DNA from: Candidatus Versatilivorator sp.
Lineage (GTDB): Bacteria; Acidobacteriota; Terriglobia; Versatilivoradales; Versatilivoraceae
DNA length: 64,000 nucleotides
NCBI GenBank assembly: GCA_965198125.1
Contig: CBDAOQ010000003.1
Span: forward strand, 2,447,953-2,511,952
Reading direction: 5' to 3'
How positions within the stretch are numbered: the stretch's first letter is position 1; every line of letters starts with the position of its first letter. The translations under genes and the position numbers were made by a program. Of the stretch, positions 1-11,600 are shown in pieces. The notes beneath the pieces were generated by a model, which saw only the letters and a list, made by a program, of their open reading frames with translations, had not been told where the DNA came from and made no database searches.

Positions 1-2459
1 GCATCGAGGTGGCGGCGACGCTGCTGTTGCTGCCGTGGGCCTGGGGCGACTTCTCTCGCGCGCACGGTGAGCTGGCCGTCTTCATGACGACCAAGCTGGT
101 CGGGTTTGCCGCCAGCGCCGGCCTGTTGCTGTGGGCCGGGCGCGGGGACTGGCGGACCTGGCTGCTTGGGGTCTATTGCCTCCTCAAGGCCACCAACCAG
201 CCGCTGTACATGCTCCAGGCCTTTTTCCTGGAGCTGCCGCCGCCGCCGGAGTACGCGGCCTTTCTCCAGCAGCTGCCCGCTGCCAACCGGGTCTTCAGCG
301 CCCTCTACGTTCCCGCGTTCCTGTTCGCGCCGGCCTTCCTGTGGGCGTTTGCCCGCGAGTGCCCGCGGGTCCATCGCCGGACCTGGCTCGATGATCTGGC
401 GCGTCGCATGATCCCGGTCAGCGTGCTGATCGGTGGCGGCCTCTGGCTCGCCTGCGCCGTGACGCTGGAGCTGGCGCGGGCGGGCGCTGTGGGGGCGCCG
501 GTCGCCCTGGTGCTCGATGGCACGCTCGCCACCCTGGACCTGCTGGGGCTGGGGGCGGTCACCCTCGTCGCGCTGCGTGCGCACACGGCGTCGCCCGACG
601 AGGTGCGGCGCGTCGTGGTGTTCAGTGCCGGGTTCCTCCTCTTCATGGGAGTCGCGGCCGTCTACGACCTGGCCGAGGCGTTCGCGCCCGGGGACTGGGT
701 GTCCAATTACCGCTGGTCGCCGACGATTCTGCTGATCGAGGTGCTGCGCTTTCCCGGGTTGATCCTGCTCTGGTACGCGGTGCTGGCGGCGCGCATTCCC
801 CACCTGCGGGAGGCGGTGCGGGCGGTCTACCGCCGGTTGTTGATGCGCCCGGGCCTGCTCGGGGCGGCGGCCGCCGTGCCCGCCGGGGCGCTGCTGTGGC
901 TGATCGGGCGCAACCCGGAGCGCGAGGTGGGCGCGCTCATTGCGGATCCGCTGGCGCAGTCGCTGTTCGCAGCCGTCGGGATCCTGCTGCTGCTGATCGC
1001 CGCCCGGGAACGCATCCTGATCCGCCTGGACGCCTGGATCCTCCCCGAGACCGCAGACCAGCGGCAGGCCCTGGCCGATGCGGCAGGCACCTTGGCGCAG
1101 GCCGGGCGGATCACGACCGTCGGCGAGACCGTCACCCGGACGGTGCGGCGCGGTTGCGGCTCGCCCGCGACCCTGCTGGTTGCGGACGCCGCCGAGACCC
1201 ACGCGGGCGGTTTCAGCGCCCCGCAGGCCCGCATCGCGCCCCTGCCGCGCCAGGCGGCCATCGTCCACCTGCTGGAGACCGCCGGCGGGCCCGTGCGGGT
1301 CGACCCCAACGGCCAGCCGTCGGTCTTCCCCTTGCTGCCGCCCGATGAAGCGGCCTGGGTCACCGAGACGGGCGCCGACGTGATCGTGCCGGTTCCCGGT
1401 CCGGGGACGGACGTCCTCGGGGTTCTGGTGGTGAGCCGCCGCCTCGACGGCCGCCTGGTACGCTCGGTCGACCTGCCGTTCCTGGAGGCGCTCGGTGCGG
1501 CCGCCGGGTTGGCGCTGGCGCGCCTGCAACTGCTCGACGCGCCGGGCGCGGGGTCGGGGGAGGCGCCGCCGGCCGAGGAGTGTCCCGTCTGCCGATCGGT
1601 GACCGAGGCCGGCGAGCCGCCCGCGTGCGCCTGCGGGTCGGCCTACGTCGCCACGGAGGTCCCCAAGCTTCTCGCCGGCAAGTTCCGCCTGACGCGGCGC
1701 CTGGGGGCCGGGGGGATGGGAGCGGTCTACCTGGCGCGCGACCTGCGTCTGGAGCGCGACGTGGCGATCAAGATCCTGACGGCGCGGTCCCTCGGCCGCC
1801 TGATGGGGCTCAAACCGGAAGCCTGGGCCATGACGATGGTGACGCATCCGGGGGTGGCCCAGGTCCACGGCGTCGAGTCCTGGCGGGGCCGCCCGTTACT
1901 GGTCGTCGAGTTCCTGGCCGGCGGCACCCTCGAGGATCGGCTGCGGGACGGGCCGCTGGCGCCCTCGCAGGCGGTGTCTGTCGTCGCCCGGCTGGCCGGC
2001 GCCCTGGCGGCCCTGCACGAGAAGGGCTTCCTGCACGGGGACGTCAAGCCCAGCAACATCGGGTTCACCTCGGAGGGGTCGCCGAAGCTGCTGGATTTCG
2101 GGCTGGCGCACGCGGTGGACGACGCCGCCATGGTGGGCGGCACCCTGCCCTACCTCTCGCCCGAGGTGCTCGGCGGCCGCCCGGCCGAGGAAGCCGACGA
2201 TGTCTGGTCGTTGGCCGTGGTCCTCTACGAAATGGTGTCGGGCCGGCATCCCTTCGCCGGCGGCGCCCCCGACGCCGTGCGGCGCCGCATCCGCCGCCAG
2301 CGCCTCGCGGCCGGCGGGCCTGCCGCATCCGCCGCGCCGACATCGGCGACGGCCGTGGCCTCCTTCGCGGCGTCGATCCTGACGGCCCCCCGGTCGCGGC
2401 GGCCGGGGACCGCGCCCGCCTTCGCCGCGGCGCTGGCCGCCCTCTCCGGGGACGCGTAG
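1..2459 (+). CDS. Membrane-anchored sensor Ser/Thr protein kinase (Hanks-type); 5' end likely runs off the window start
   Basis: Open frame from base 1 (track start at 9 is GTG). N-terminal ~300 aa with multiple hydrophobic helices, a GAF-like soluble region, a CPVC..CAC zinc-ribbon motif, then kinase motifs GAGGMGAVYLA, VAIK, HGDVKPSNIG, DFGLA, SPE. Confidence 0.8.
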   Translation, partial: IEVAATLLLLPWAWGDFSRAHGELAVFMTTKLVGFAASAGLLLWAGRGDWRTWLLGVYCLLKATNQPLYMLQAFFLELPPPPEYAAFLQQLPAANRVFSALYVPAFLFAPAFLWAFARECPRVHRRTWLDDLARRMIPVSVLIGGGLWLACAVTLELARAGAVGAPVALVLDGTLATLDLLGLGAVTLVALRAHTASPDEVRRVVVFSAGFLLFMGVAAVYDLAEAFAPGDWVSNYRWSPTILLIEVLRFPGLILLWYAVLAARIPHLREAVRAVYRRLLMRPGLLGAAAAVPAGALLWLIGRNPEREVGALIADPLAQSLFAAVGILLLLIAARERILIRLDAWILPETADQRQALADAAGTLAQAGRITTVGETVTRTVRRGCGSPATLLVADAAETHAGGFSAPQARIAPLPRQAAIVHLLETAGGPVRVDPNGQPSVFPLLPPDEAAWVTETGADVIVPVPGPGTDVLGVLVVSRRLDGRLVRSVDLPFLEALGAAAGLALARLQLLDAPGAGSGEAPPAEECPVCRSVTEAGEPPACACGSAYVATEVPKLLAGKFRLTRRLGAGGMGAVYLARDLRLERDVAIKILTARSLGRLMGLKPEAWAMTMVTHPGVAQVHGVESWRGRPLLVVEFLAGGTLEDRLRDGPLAPSQAVSVVARLAGALAALHEKGFLHGDVKPSNIGFTSEGSPKLLDFGLAHAVDDAAMVGGTLPYLSPEVLGGRPAEEADDVWSLAVVLYEMVSGRHPFAGGAPDAVRRRIRRQRLAAGGPAASAAPTSATAVASFAASILTAPRSRRPGTAPAFAAALAALSGDA

Positions 2460-2638
2460 CCGAATTTTTCAGCCTCCCTGTCCGGTTCTCTCCTCCCAGA
2501 CGTCACTAGGGTCATAGCGAGGTTGAGGGGTTTTTAAAACTGACCCTGCGAACTTGTCGCGCCGGCCAGCACGCGTTTCAACCACCTCCCCGCCCTCCAT
2601 CGAGCGCCCGGCGGTTTCCTCACGCTCGTCACGGGACG

Positions 2639-5600
2639 GTGCATATGACCCACTACGCCCCCCGGATCACGTCACCCGCCAGGGCGGCGCGGCCCCGGAC
2701 GCGACGCATACACCCGCTCGCGGCGACCCTCGTCCTCGCCACCGCCGCACTGCTTGCCACGCCCGATCCCGCCCAGGCGCAGGCCTGCCCCGCCCCCACC
2801 CTCACCGGCCGCCAGCAGATCTGGACCGGCACGGTGACGGTGGGGACGCGGATAGCCGGTGGACGAACTTCGTATTACGGCTTCGAGGCTACTACTGATC
2901 CCACGACCGGGGCGCTTTCCGACACGATGTTCGACATCGGATCGAACAGCCATACGATCGTACGCATCTTTGTGGACGCGGACGGCGACGTCGGGGCACT
3001 AGAATTCGGCCTGTCTTCGAGCCTCACAACCATTGAGGTGGCAAGCCTCAGGCTGCACGTCTGCGGCGTCGACTACGACTTCGCCGATGCCACGACCTTT
3101 GGGACCCAACCCACCTACTACTGGGACTCCGCGGGCCTCGACTGGTCCTCGGTGACGAGTCGCACCCTATACCTGAGCGTGCCCGCGGCGGCCGCCAGCA
3201 CCCCCGCGGCGGGCGCGCCGACGATCACGGGCAGGGCGCAGGTGGGCCAGACGCTGACGGTGGTCACCACCGGCATCATGGACGCCGACGGGCTGGCCAG
3301 CCCCAGCTACACCTACCAGTGGATCCGGGTGGACACCGACAGCACCGAGACGGACATCTCCGGGGCGACGTCGGACCTCTACTACCCGGTCGCCGCCGAC
3401 GAGGGCACGACGATCAAGGTGAAGGTGAGCTTCACCGACGACGCCAGCAATGCCGAGACGCGCACCAGCGTGGCGACGGGGACGGTGGCGGAGGCGCAGG
3501 GCGACCCTGAAGAGCCGTGTCCAGGAGGCGGCTATAACCCGACGCCGGTGGCGGTGGCGGTGACGGCGGTGCCCATCGTGGTCGCATCCACGACTGCGGA
3601 CTACTTCGTGCTGTATGTGCGGCATACGGTCGGTGAGACCACCACGGTGGAGGTGCCGGTCTTGGTGACCTTGGGGAAAGCGGACACGACCACGCTGGCC
3701 GAGAACGTGGAGGCTCTGCCTGGGGAGCGCTACCGGGTGGAGAAGTATCTCATCACCGACCCTGCCGACGTCGATGGTGACTGCGTCGACGACATCACCG
3801 AACTCGGGGACCCGGTGGGCATGAACCCGGTGAACCCTGCCCCGGCCATCGCATTCAGCGACGGCGCCGTGGCCATTCCCGACCGGGAAACATTCGAAAC
3901 GCTCGCCTTCCATCAGGAGACTGTCAAGTTCGTTCTGATCGGCATGGACACGGACAGGCCGGGTGTCTACTTCTCGGCCACCGACACGCACCGGGGCCAT
4001 CCGTCCTTCCTGGATGCCGTAGGGATCGATCGGGACCAGTCCGGGCTGGTCACTGGTTGGATCGTTCATGACTCGAAACTCGTTGCCCCCGATGGCAGCC
4101 AAGGAGTCTACTATTACCAGCTTCTGCCGAGGAATACTGGTGCTGGCTTCAGCCTTTTGTCGCGCTCCTATACGCTGCTCGCGGCCAGTATGCCGCTGCT
4201 CGATGAAAACCTGGCCTTGCATATAAGTAACGACGAGCTTCGCTCTCTGCGGTCCAGCCTGTCGCTGTACAGGGAATCCCGCATTGCCCTCGTGTTCGAC
4301 GACGACGTCCTCCGTGGGGCCGACTTCCTGGCGTTGAATCCGGGAGAAGGATTCGGCTTACTGCGTTCACTGGACCCGGACGAGCGTCCTACCCCCCGTG
4401 ACGTGGTGATCTACGAGACTCTGCCCAACAACCTGCCCCGTGTCGCTGGCATCATCTCCACCGTGCCCCAAACCCCGCTGTCGCATGTCAACCTGCGCGC
4501 CGTGCAGGACGGCATTCCCAACGCCTTCATCCGCAACGCCCTGGAAGACACCGACATCGAGCCTCTCATCGGCAGCTACGTCCACTACACGGTGACCCAG
4601 CAGTTGCGGCCTTTGCTCGCCGGATCGCCGCCCGGCCCCCCGGACGGATGGGCCCTGCGCGCCGCCACTCTCGCCCAAGTCGAGGCCCACTACGCCGCTT
4701 CCCGGCCCTCCCAAGCACAGACGCCGGAATTCGATCTCTCGGTCACGGGGATCAAGCCCCTCAGCGAGATCGGTTTCGAGGACTGGAAGGCGTTCGGCGT
4801 CAAGGCGGCGAACGTGGCCGTGCTGGGTACGCTGGGGTTTCCGGCGGGGACCGTCCCCGCCGGGTTTGCGATCCCGTTCTATTTCTACGACGAGTTCATG
4901 AAGCACAACGACTTCTACACTCGCATTGACACGATGCTGGCCGACCCCGATTTCCAGTCGAAATTCGACACCCAGGATGACATGCTCGATGATCTGCGCG
5001 ACGACATCAAGGACGCGGAGACGCCGCCGTGGATCATCGCGGCGATCGTGGAGATGAATGAGGGGTTTTCCGAGGGGATCAATCGGCGCTACCGGTCCAG
5101 CACCAACAACGAGGACCTGCCGGGGTTCAACGGCGCCGGACTGTACGACTCCAAGAGCCAGAAGCCCAGTGAGGACGAGGATGACCTCGCCAAGTCCCTC
5201 AAGGAGGTGTACGCCAGCCTGTGGAACTTCCGCGCCTTCATCGAACGCGACTTCCATCGCATTGACCACAAGGCGGCCGCGATGGGGGTGCTGGTGCATC
5301 CCAGCTACCAGGACGAGCTGGCCAACGGTGTCGCCGTCAGCTTTGACCCTATCTACGGCGGGGACGAGCGCTACTACGTCAACACACAGCTTGGGGAAGA
5401 TCTGGTCACCAATCCCGACGCGCAATCGGTGCCGGAGGAAATCCTGTTGCATCGAAGCGGCGGTAATTACAGTGTCCTTGCGACCTCCAACCAGGTGCCG
5501 CCGGGGCAACTGCTCATGAGAAACTCCCAACTGAATCAGTTGGCCGATCGCCTCACTGTGATCCATGACCACTTCAAGGCGCTGTACAACCCCGCCCCCG

Positions 5601-8600
5601 ATGAACCGTTTGCCATGGAGATCGAGTTCAAGATCACCAGCGAAGACATCCTGGCGATCAAGCAGGCCCGCCCCTGGGTCTTCGATAACGCTCGCGACGC
5701 GCCATCCCCGCCACCACCTCCACCGGCCAACACCCCCGCGACGGGGGCGCCGACGATCACGGGGACGGCGCGGGTGGGCGAGACGCTGACGGCGGCCACC
5801 ACCGGCATCATGGACGCCGACGGGCTGACCAGCCCCAGCTACACCTACCAGTGGATCCGGGTGATCAGCAGCGTGGATGCCGACATCTCGGGCGCGACGT
5901 CGAGCACCTACACCCTGGTCGCCGCCGACCTGGGCACGACGATCAAGGTGAAGGTGAGCTTCACCGACGACGACGGCGATGCCGAGACGCGCACCAGCGC
6001 GGCGACGGCGACGGTGGTCGCGGCGATGGCGACCAACACCCCCGCGACGGGGGCGCCGACGATCACGGGGACGGCCCAGGTGGGTCAGACGCTGACGGCG
6101 GTCACCACCGGCATCATGGACGCGGACGGGCTGACCAGCCCCAGCTACACCTACCAGTGGATCCGGGTGATCAGCAGCACGGATGCCGACATCTCGGGCG
6201 CGACGTCGAGCACTTACACCCTGGTCGCCGCCGATGCGGACACGACGATCAAGGTGAAGGTGAGCTTCGAAGACGACAACAGCAATGCCGAGACGCGCAC
6301 CAGCGCGACCACGGCGACGGTGGTCGCGGCGATGGCGACCAACACCCCGGCGACGGGGGCGCCGACTATCACGGGGACGGCCCAGGTGGGCGAGACGCTG
6401 ACGGCGGTCACCACCGGCATCAGTGACGCCGACGGGCTGGCCAGCCCCACCTACACCTACCAGTGGATCCGGGTCGAGACCGACAGCACCGAGACGGACA
6501 TCTCCGGGGCGACGGCGAGCACCTACACCCTGGTCGCCGCCGACCTGGGCAAGACGCTCAAGGTCAAGGTGACCTTCACCGACGACGCCAGCAATTCCGA
6601 GACGCGCACCAGCGCGGCGACGGCGGTGGTGGCGTCGGCGGCGACGACGCCGACGATCTCGGCGGTGGCGGTCACCTCCACGCCGCAGCTTGAGACCGAC
6701 ACCTACGGCGAGGGCGAGGAGATCCAGTTCACGGTGACGTTCAGCGAGGCCGTCACGGTGACGGGCATGCCGCAGTTCGTGTTCTCGCTCGGCAATGCAG
6801 GCGACACGCGGCGGGTCAACGCCGGGTACGACCCGGCCGCCAGCACGGACACTGAGCTGGTGTTCGCCTACACGGTGGTGTCCACGGACGAGGACGACAA
6901 CGGCATTTTCATCCTCGACGATGCGACGGTGTCCGGGACGGCGGGCAGCGGCTCGATCGTGCTGGGCTTGGACGGGAGCATCGTCGGCAAGACGTCGGAG
7001 GTGCCGGCCTCGCTGGCGCACAGCGTGCGCGGCGCCCAGTCCGGTCACAAGGTGGACGGGGTCCGGCCGAGTTTCCTGAGCGCGGCGGTGGATGGAGCCT
7101 CTCTGACACTGACCTACGACGAGCCGCTGGACGGGAGCTCAACGCCTGATGCGGGAGACTTCACAGTGTCGGGGGGCGACTATACGCGGACGGTCACTCG
7201 TGTTTCGGTGAGCGGGAGCACGGTGGCTCTGACCTTGAATGTGGGGGCCGAGCACTTGGAGACGGGGATCCAGGTGAGCTACACGCCGGGGATGGAGCGG
7301 AAACGGCTGCGGGACGTGCCGGGCAATGAGGCCTTGGGGTTGAGCCGGGAGCCGGTGACCAACGATACCCCGGACACCACCTCACCGACGGTGAGCAGTC
7401 TGGTCATCACCTCGAACCCGGGCGGGGATCAGATCTACGCGGCGGGGGACGAGATCGAGTTGACGGTGACGTTCAGCGAGACGGTCGAGGTGGAGGGGAC
7501 GCCGCAGTTGAGGCTGCGAGTAGGGAGCAGGAACCGGACGGCCGGCTACCTGAGAGGCACGGACACGGCGGCGGTGGTGTTCGGCTACGAGGTGGCCGAG
7601 GGGGAAAGCGACACGGACGGGGTGGGCGTCGAGGCCGACAGCCTGACCGGGGGCACGATCCGGGACGGCGCGGACAATAACGCCCTGCTGTCCCACGACG
7701 GATTGGCAGCCGATGCGAGGCACAAGGTGGACGGGGTCCGGCCGAGTTTCCTGAGCGCGGCGGTGGATGGAGCCTCTCTGACGCTGACCTACGATGAGCC
7801 CCTGGACGGGAGCTCAACGCCTGATGCGGGAGACTTCACAGTGTCGGGGGGCGACTATACGCGGACGGTCACTCGTGTTTCGGTGAGCGGGAGCACGGTG
7901 GCTCTGACCTTGAATGTGGGGGCCGAGCACTTGGAGACGGGGATCCAGGTGAGCTACACGCCGGGGATGGAGCGGAAACGGCTGCGGGACGTGCCGGGCA
8001 ATGAGGCCTTGGGGTTGAGCCGGGAGCCGGTGACCAACGATACCCCGGACACCACCTCACCGACGGTGAGCAGTCTGGTCATCACCTCGAACCCCGGCGG
8101 GGATCAGATCTACGCGGCGGGGGAGGTAATCGAGTTGACGGTGCGGTTCAGCGAGACGGTGGTGGTGACCGGGACGCTGCGGTTGAGGCTGCGAGTAGGG
8201 AGCAGGAACCGGACGGCCGGCTACCTGAGAGGCACGGACACGGCGGCGGTGGTGTTCGGCTACGAGGTGGCCGAGGGGGAAAGCGACACGGACGGGGTGG
8301 GCGTCGAGGCCGACAGCCTGACCGGGGGCACGATCCGGGACGGCGCGGACAATAACGCCCTGCTGTCCCACGACGGATTGGCAGCCGATGCGAGGCACAA
8401 GGTGGACGGGGTCCGGCCGAGTTTCCTGAGCGCGGCGGTGGATGGAGCCTCTCTGACGCTGACCTATGGAGAGGGACTGGACGAAGGGTCGAGGCCGGCG
8501 CCGGGGGACTTCACGGTGGAGGTGGACGGGAGCGGGCGAAGCGTTTCGGGCGTCTCGGTCAGCGGGAGCGTGGTGACGCTGACCCTCGACCCGGCGGTCG

Positions 8601-11600
8601 AGCACGGGGATACGGGGATTCGGGTGAGCTACACGGTTCCGACAGGGGCGGGGGCGAACCCGATCCGGGATGCAGTCGGGAACAATGCTCGCGGACTGAG
8701 CAACCGGTCGGTGACCAACACCACGGGAGCGCCAAACACGGCGCCTGAGATCACGACCCGGGGACCGCTCAGCGTTGGGGAGAACCTGGCGGTGGTGAGA
8801 CGGCTGGCGGCACGGGACACCGACCCGGGGGACGAGGTGACGGGCTGGGAGATTGTGGGCGGGGCCGACCAATCTCAGTTCTCGATGGCTTCCGATACGG
8901 GGGAGCTGAGCTTCCAGACGCCGCCGGACTACGAGGACCCCACCGATGAGGCGAGCACCGATCCACCGAGCGGGGCTGGAGACAACGAGTACGTGGTGAG
9001 GGTGGAAGTGAGGAGCGGTGCGGGAGTCAGGGAACTGGAGGCGGAGCAGACGTTCACGATCAGGGTGACCGATGAGCGGGAACCGCCGGAAGTGCCGGAG
9101 GCGCCGGTCATTTCGGGGGAGACGGCCGACAGCCTGACGGTGAGTTGGAGCGAGCCGGAGAACACCGGACCGGCGATCACCGACTACGACGTCCAGTACC
9201 GGGAGAAGGGCACGGGGCGCTTCATTGACGGGGACCAGCAAGGACCAGGGCGTACCTTGACGCTTTCGGACCTGGAACCGGGGACGGTCTATGAGGTGCA
9301 AGTGCGGGCCACCAACGACGAGGGGACAAGCGACTGGTCGGAGTCGGGGGAGGGGATGACCATCACGCCGGTGACGCTTGAGATGATGGCGATGGAAGAG
9401 CCGCCGGTGTCGGGGCCATTCACGGTGCGGTTCAGCTTCTCGGAGCCGGTGACGGGGTTTGGCGGGAGCGATGTCGAGACGGGTCAGGACCCAGCCTGCG
9501 TGGACGACCAGAACAACACGGTTTTCTGCGATCCGGGGATTGGGGCCTTGCAGACGGCCGATGACCGGGTCTTCACCACCACGGTAACGCCCGGGACCGA
9601 CCGTGTGGCCCACAGCTACACGTTGACACTGACGGTTCCGGGAGGGGCTGTGAGGTCGTCGGTGGGCAGCAAGCCCAACGAGGAGCCCGAGGAGCCGCTC
9701 GAGGTTCGGGTGTCGCCGCCGGGAGTGGAGGAGCCGATTTCGTCTCTGGGTCTAAGGACCAGCGGTGGGAATGGAACAGTGAGGCTGAGCTGGAACCTGC
9801 CGTCGGATAACGGAGGCTCAGCCATCATCCGCTACGAGTATCGGTTTGCACCCGCAGGAGAGGCGTGGAGTGAGTGGGAGAATGTGGGAGCGGGGACGAG
9901 CGGGGTGATGGTGGGAAACCTGATCAACGGCCGGGAATACGTCTTTGAGGTGCGTGCGGTCAATGCGTTGGGCAAGGGCGGGGCGGAGACGGTGCAGGCA
10001 ACGCCGGAGCGGCGGATTACGCCGAGGTCCCCGCCCCCCGGGGGCGGCGGCGGCGGAGGTGGCGGTGGCGGAGGCCTGCTGTTTCCTCCGGGGGCGCCGG
10101 CGAGCCTGATGGCGATGGCCGGGGAGGGAGCGGTGCGGCTGGAGTGGAGTCCGCCCGAAAGCGACGGGGGCACCCCGATCCTGCGCTATGAGTACCGTCT
10201 GAAGGAGGGGAGAGGACAGTTTGGTGAGTGGACCCCGATCGCAGACAGCGCCCCCGATGAGGTCAACGCCGCAGGGTATACGGTCGAGGGACTTGGCAAC
10301 GGGACGGTCTATGTCTTTGAGCTGCGCGGGGTCAACCTGGTGGGCGAGGGGCCGGTATCGGAGGCGGTGGAGGTGGTGATGGGGCTGGATCGGGCCTATG
10401 GGTCGAACTTCCTGGCCGGAGATCTGCAGGGGGGTGAGGCCAGTCTGGAGCGGGGGCCGTTTGGGGGAGGACCGCAAAGTCTGAGGCTGCGGTTTGGAGC
10501 GGGGCTGCGGTTTGAGGAGAGTGAGCTGGACGGGGAAGGGGAGGTGACCGAGACCCGGTTGGGCAGCTACGGGTACCGCTACACGAGCCGGACGACGGGG
10601 GAGTTGAGTCTGGACTACGACGGAGGAGAGGCCTGCGAGGTGCGGCTGACCTTCAGTGGAGAGGGAGCGGGCAGCTACAGCTACCGCTGCGGGGGAGCCT
10701 TGCGGGGACAGGGGAGCTTCCGCTTGACGGGGCTGAACCGGGGGCCGGAGGTCACCAGCACAGGTCCTTTCGAGGTGGTTGAGAACCAGGCGATGGTGGG
10801 GCAGCTGGAGGCGGCGGACCCGGACGAGGGGGACGGGATCACGGGATACGGGATCGCGGGGGGAGCGGACGGGGCGCTGTTTGCGGTTGTTGGGGAGACG
10901 GGGGAGCTGATGTTCCGGGAGGCGCCGGACTATGAGACTCCGGGAGATGTAGCCAGTGAGGATCCCCAAAGCGGAGCAGCAGACAACGAATACATTGTAG
11001 TGGTAGAGGTCAGGAGCGGAGAAGGAGAGAGGGAGAGGAAGGGGAGCCGTGCGATCCGTGTACGGGTGAGTGACGAGGAGGAACCGCCGGAGATCACCAG
11101 CGTAGGTCCGTTCGAGGTCATGGAGAACACCACAACGGTAGTGCAGCTGGAGGCGGCGGACCCGGACGAGGGGGACGAGGTCACGGGATACGGGATCGCG
11201 GGGGGAGCCGACGGAGCGCTGTTTGCGGTGGTTGAGGAGACGGGGGAGTTGCTGTTCCGGGAGGCGCCGGACTACGAGGATCCGGGAGATGTGGAGAACG
11301 CGGAACCGGCAAGCGGAGCGGGAGACAACGAATACATTGTAGTGGTCGAGGTGAGGAGCGGTGAGGGGGAGAGGGAGCGGAAGGGGAGGCGGGCGATCCG
11401 GGTGCGGGTTGCTGACGAGGAGGAGCCGCCGGAGATTACCAGCCCGGGCCCGTTCGAGGTGGTGGAGAACCAGGCGAGGGTGGGGCAACTGGAGGCGGTA
11501 GACCAGGACAAGCAGGACGAGATTACAGAGTATGGGATAGCGGGGGGAGCGGACGGGGGGCTGTTCAGGGTGGTGGAGGAGACGGGGGAATTGATGTTCC

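Noticed and set aside
2460-2638. Terminator for the kinase gene upstream of the giant gene (GAGGGGTTTTTAAAA region)
   Set aside because: Only a weak, imperfect stem could be drawn; not reported as a feature.
7046-8470. Possible CRISPR array suggested by regular tandem repeats (also 36250-36590)
   Set aside because: Repeat units are 170-675 bp, in frame within a CDS or lacking short unique spacers. No cas genes in the window.
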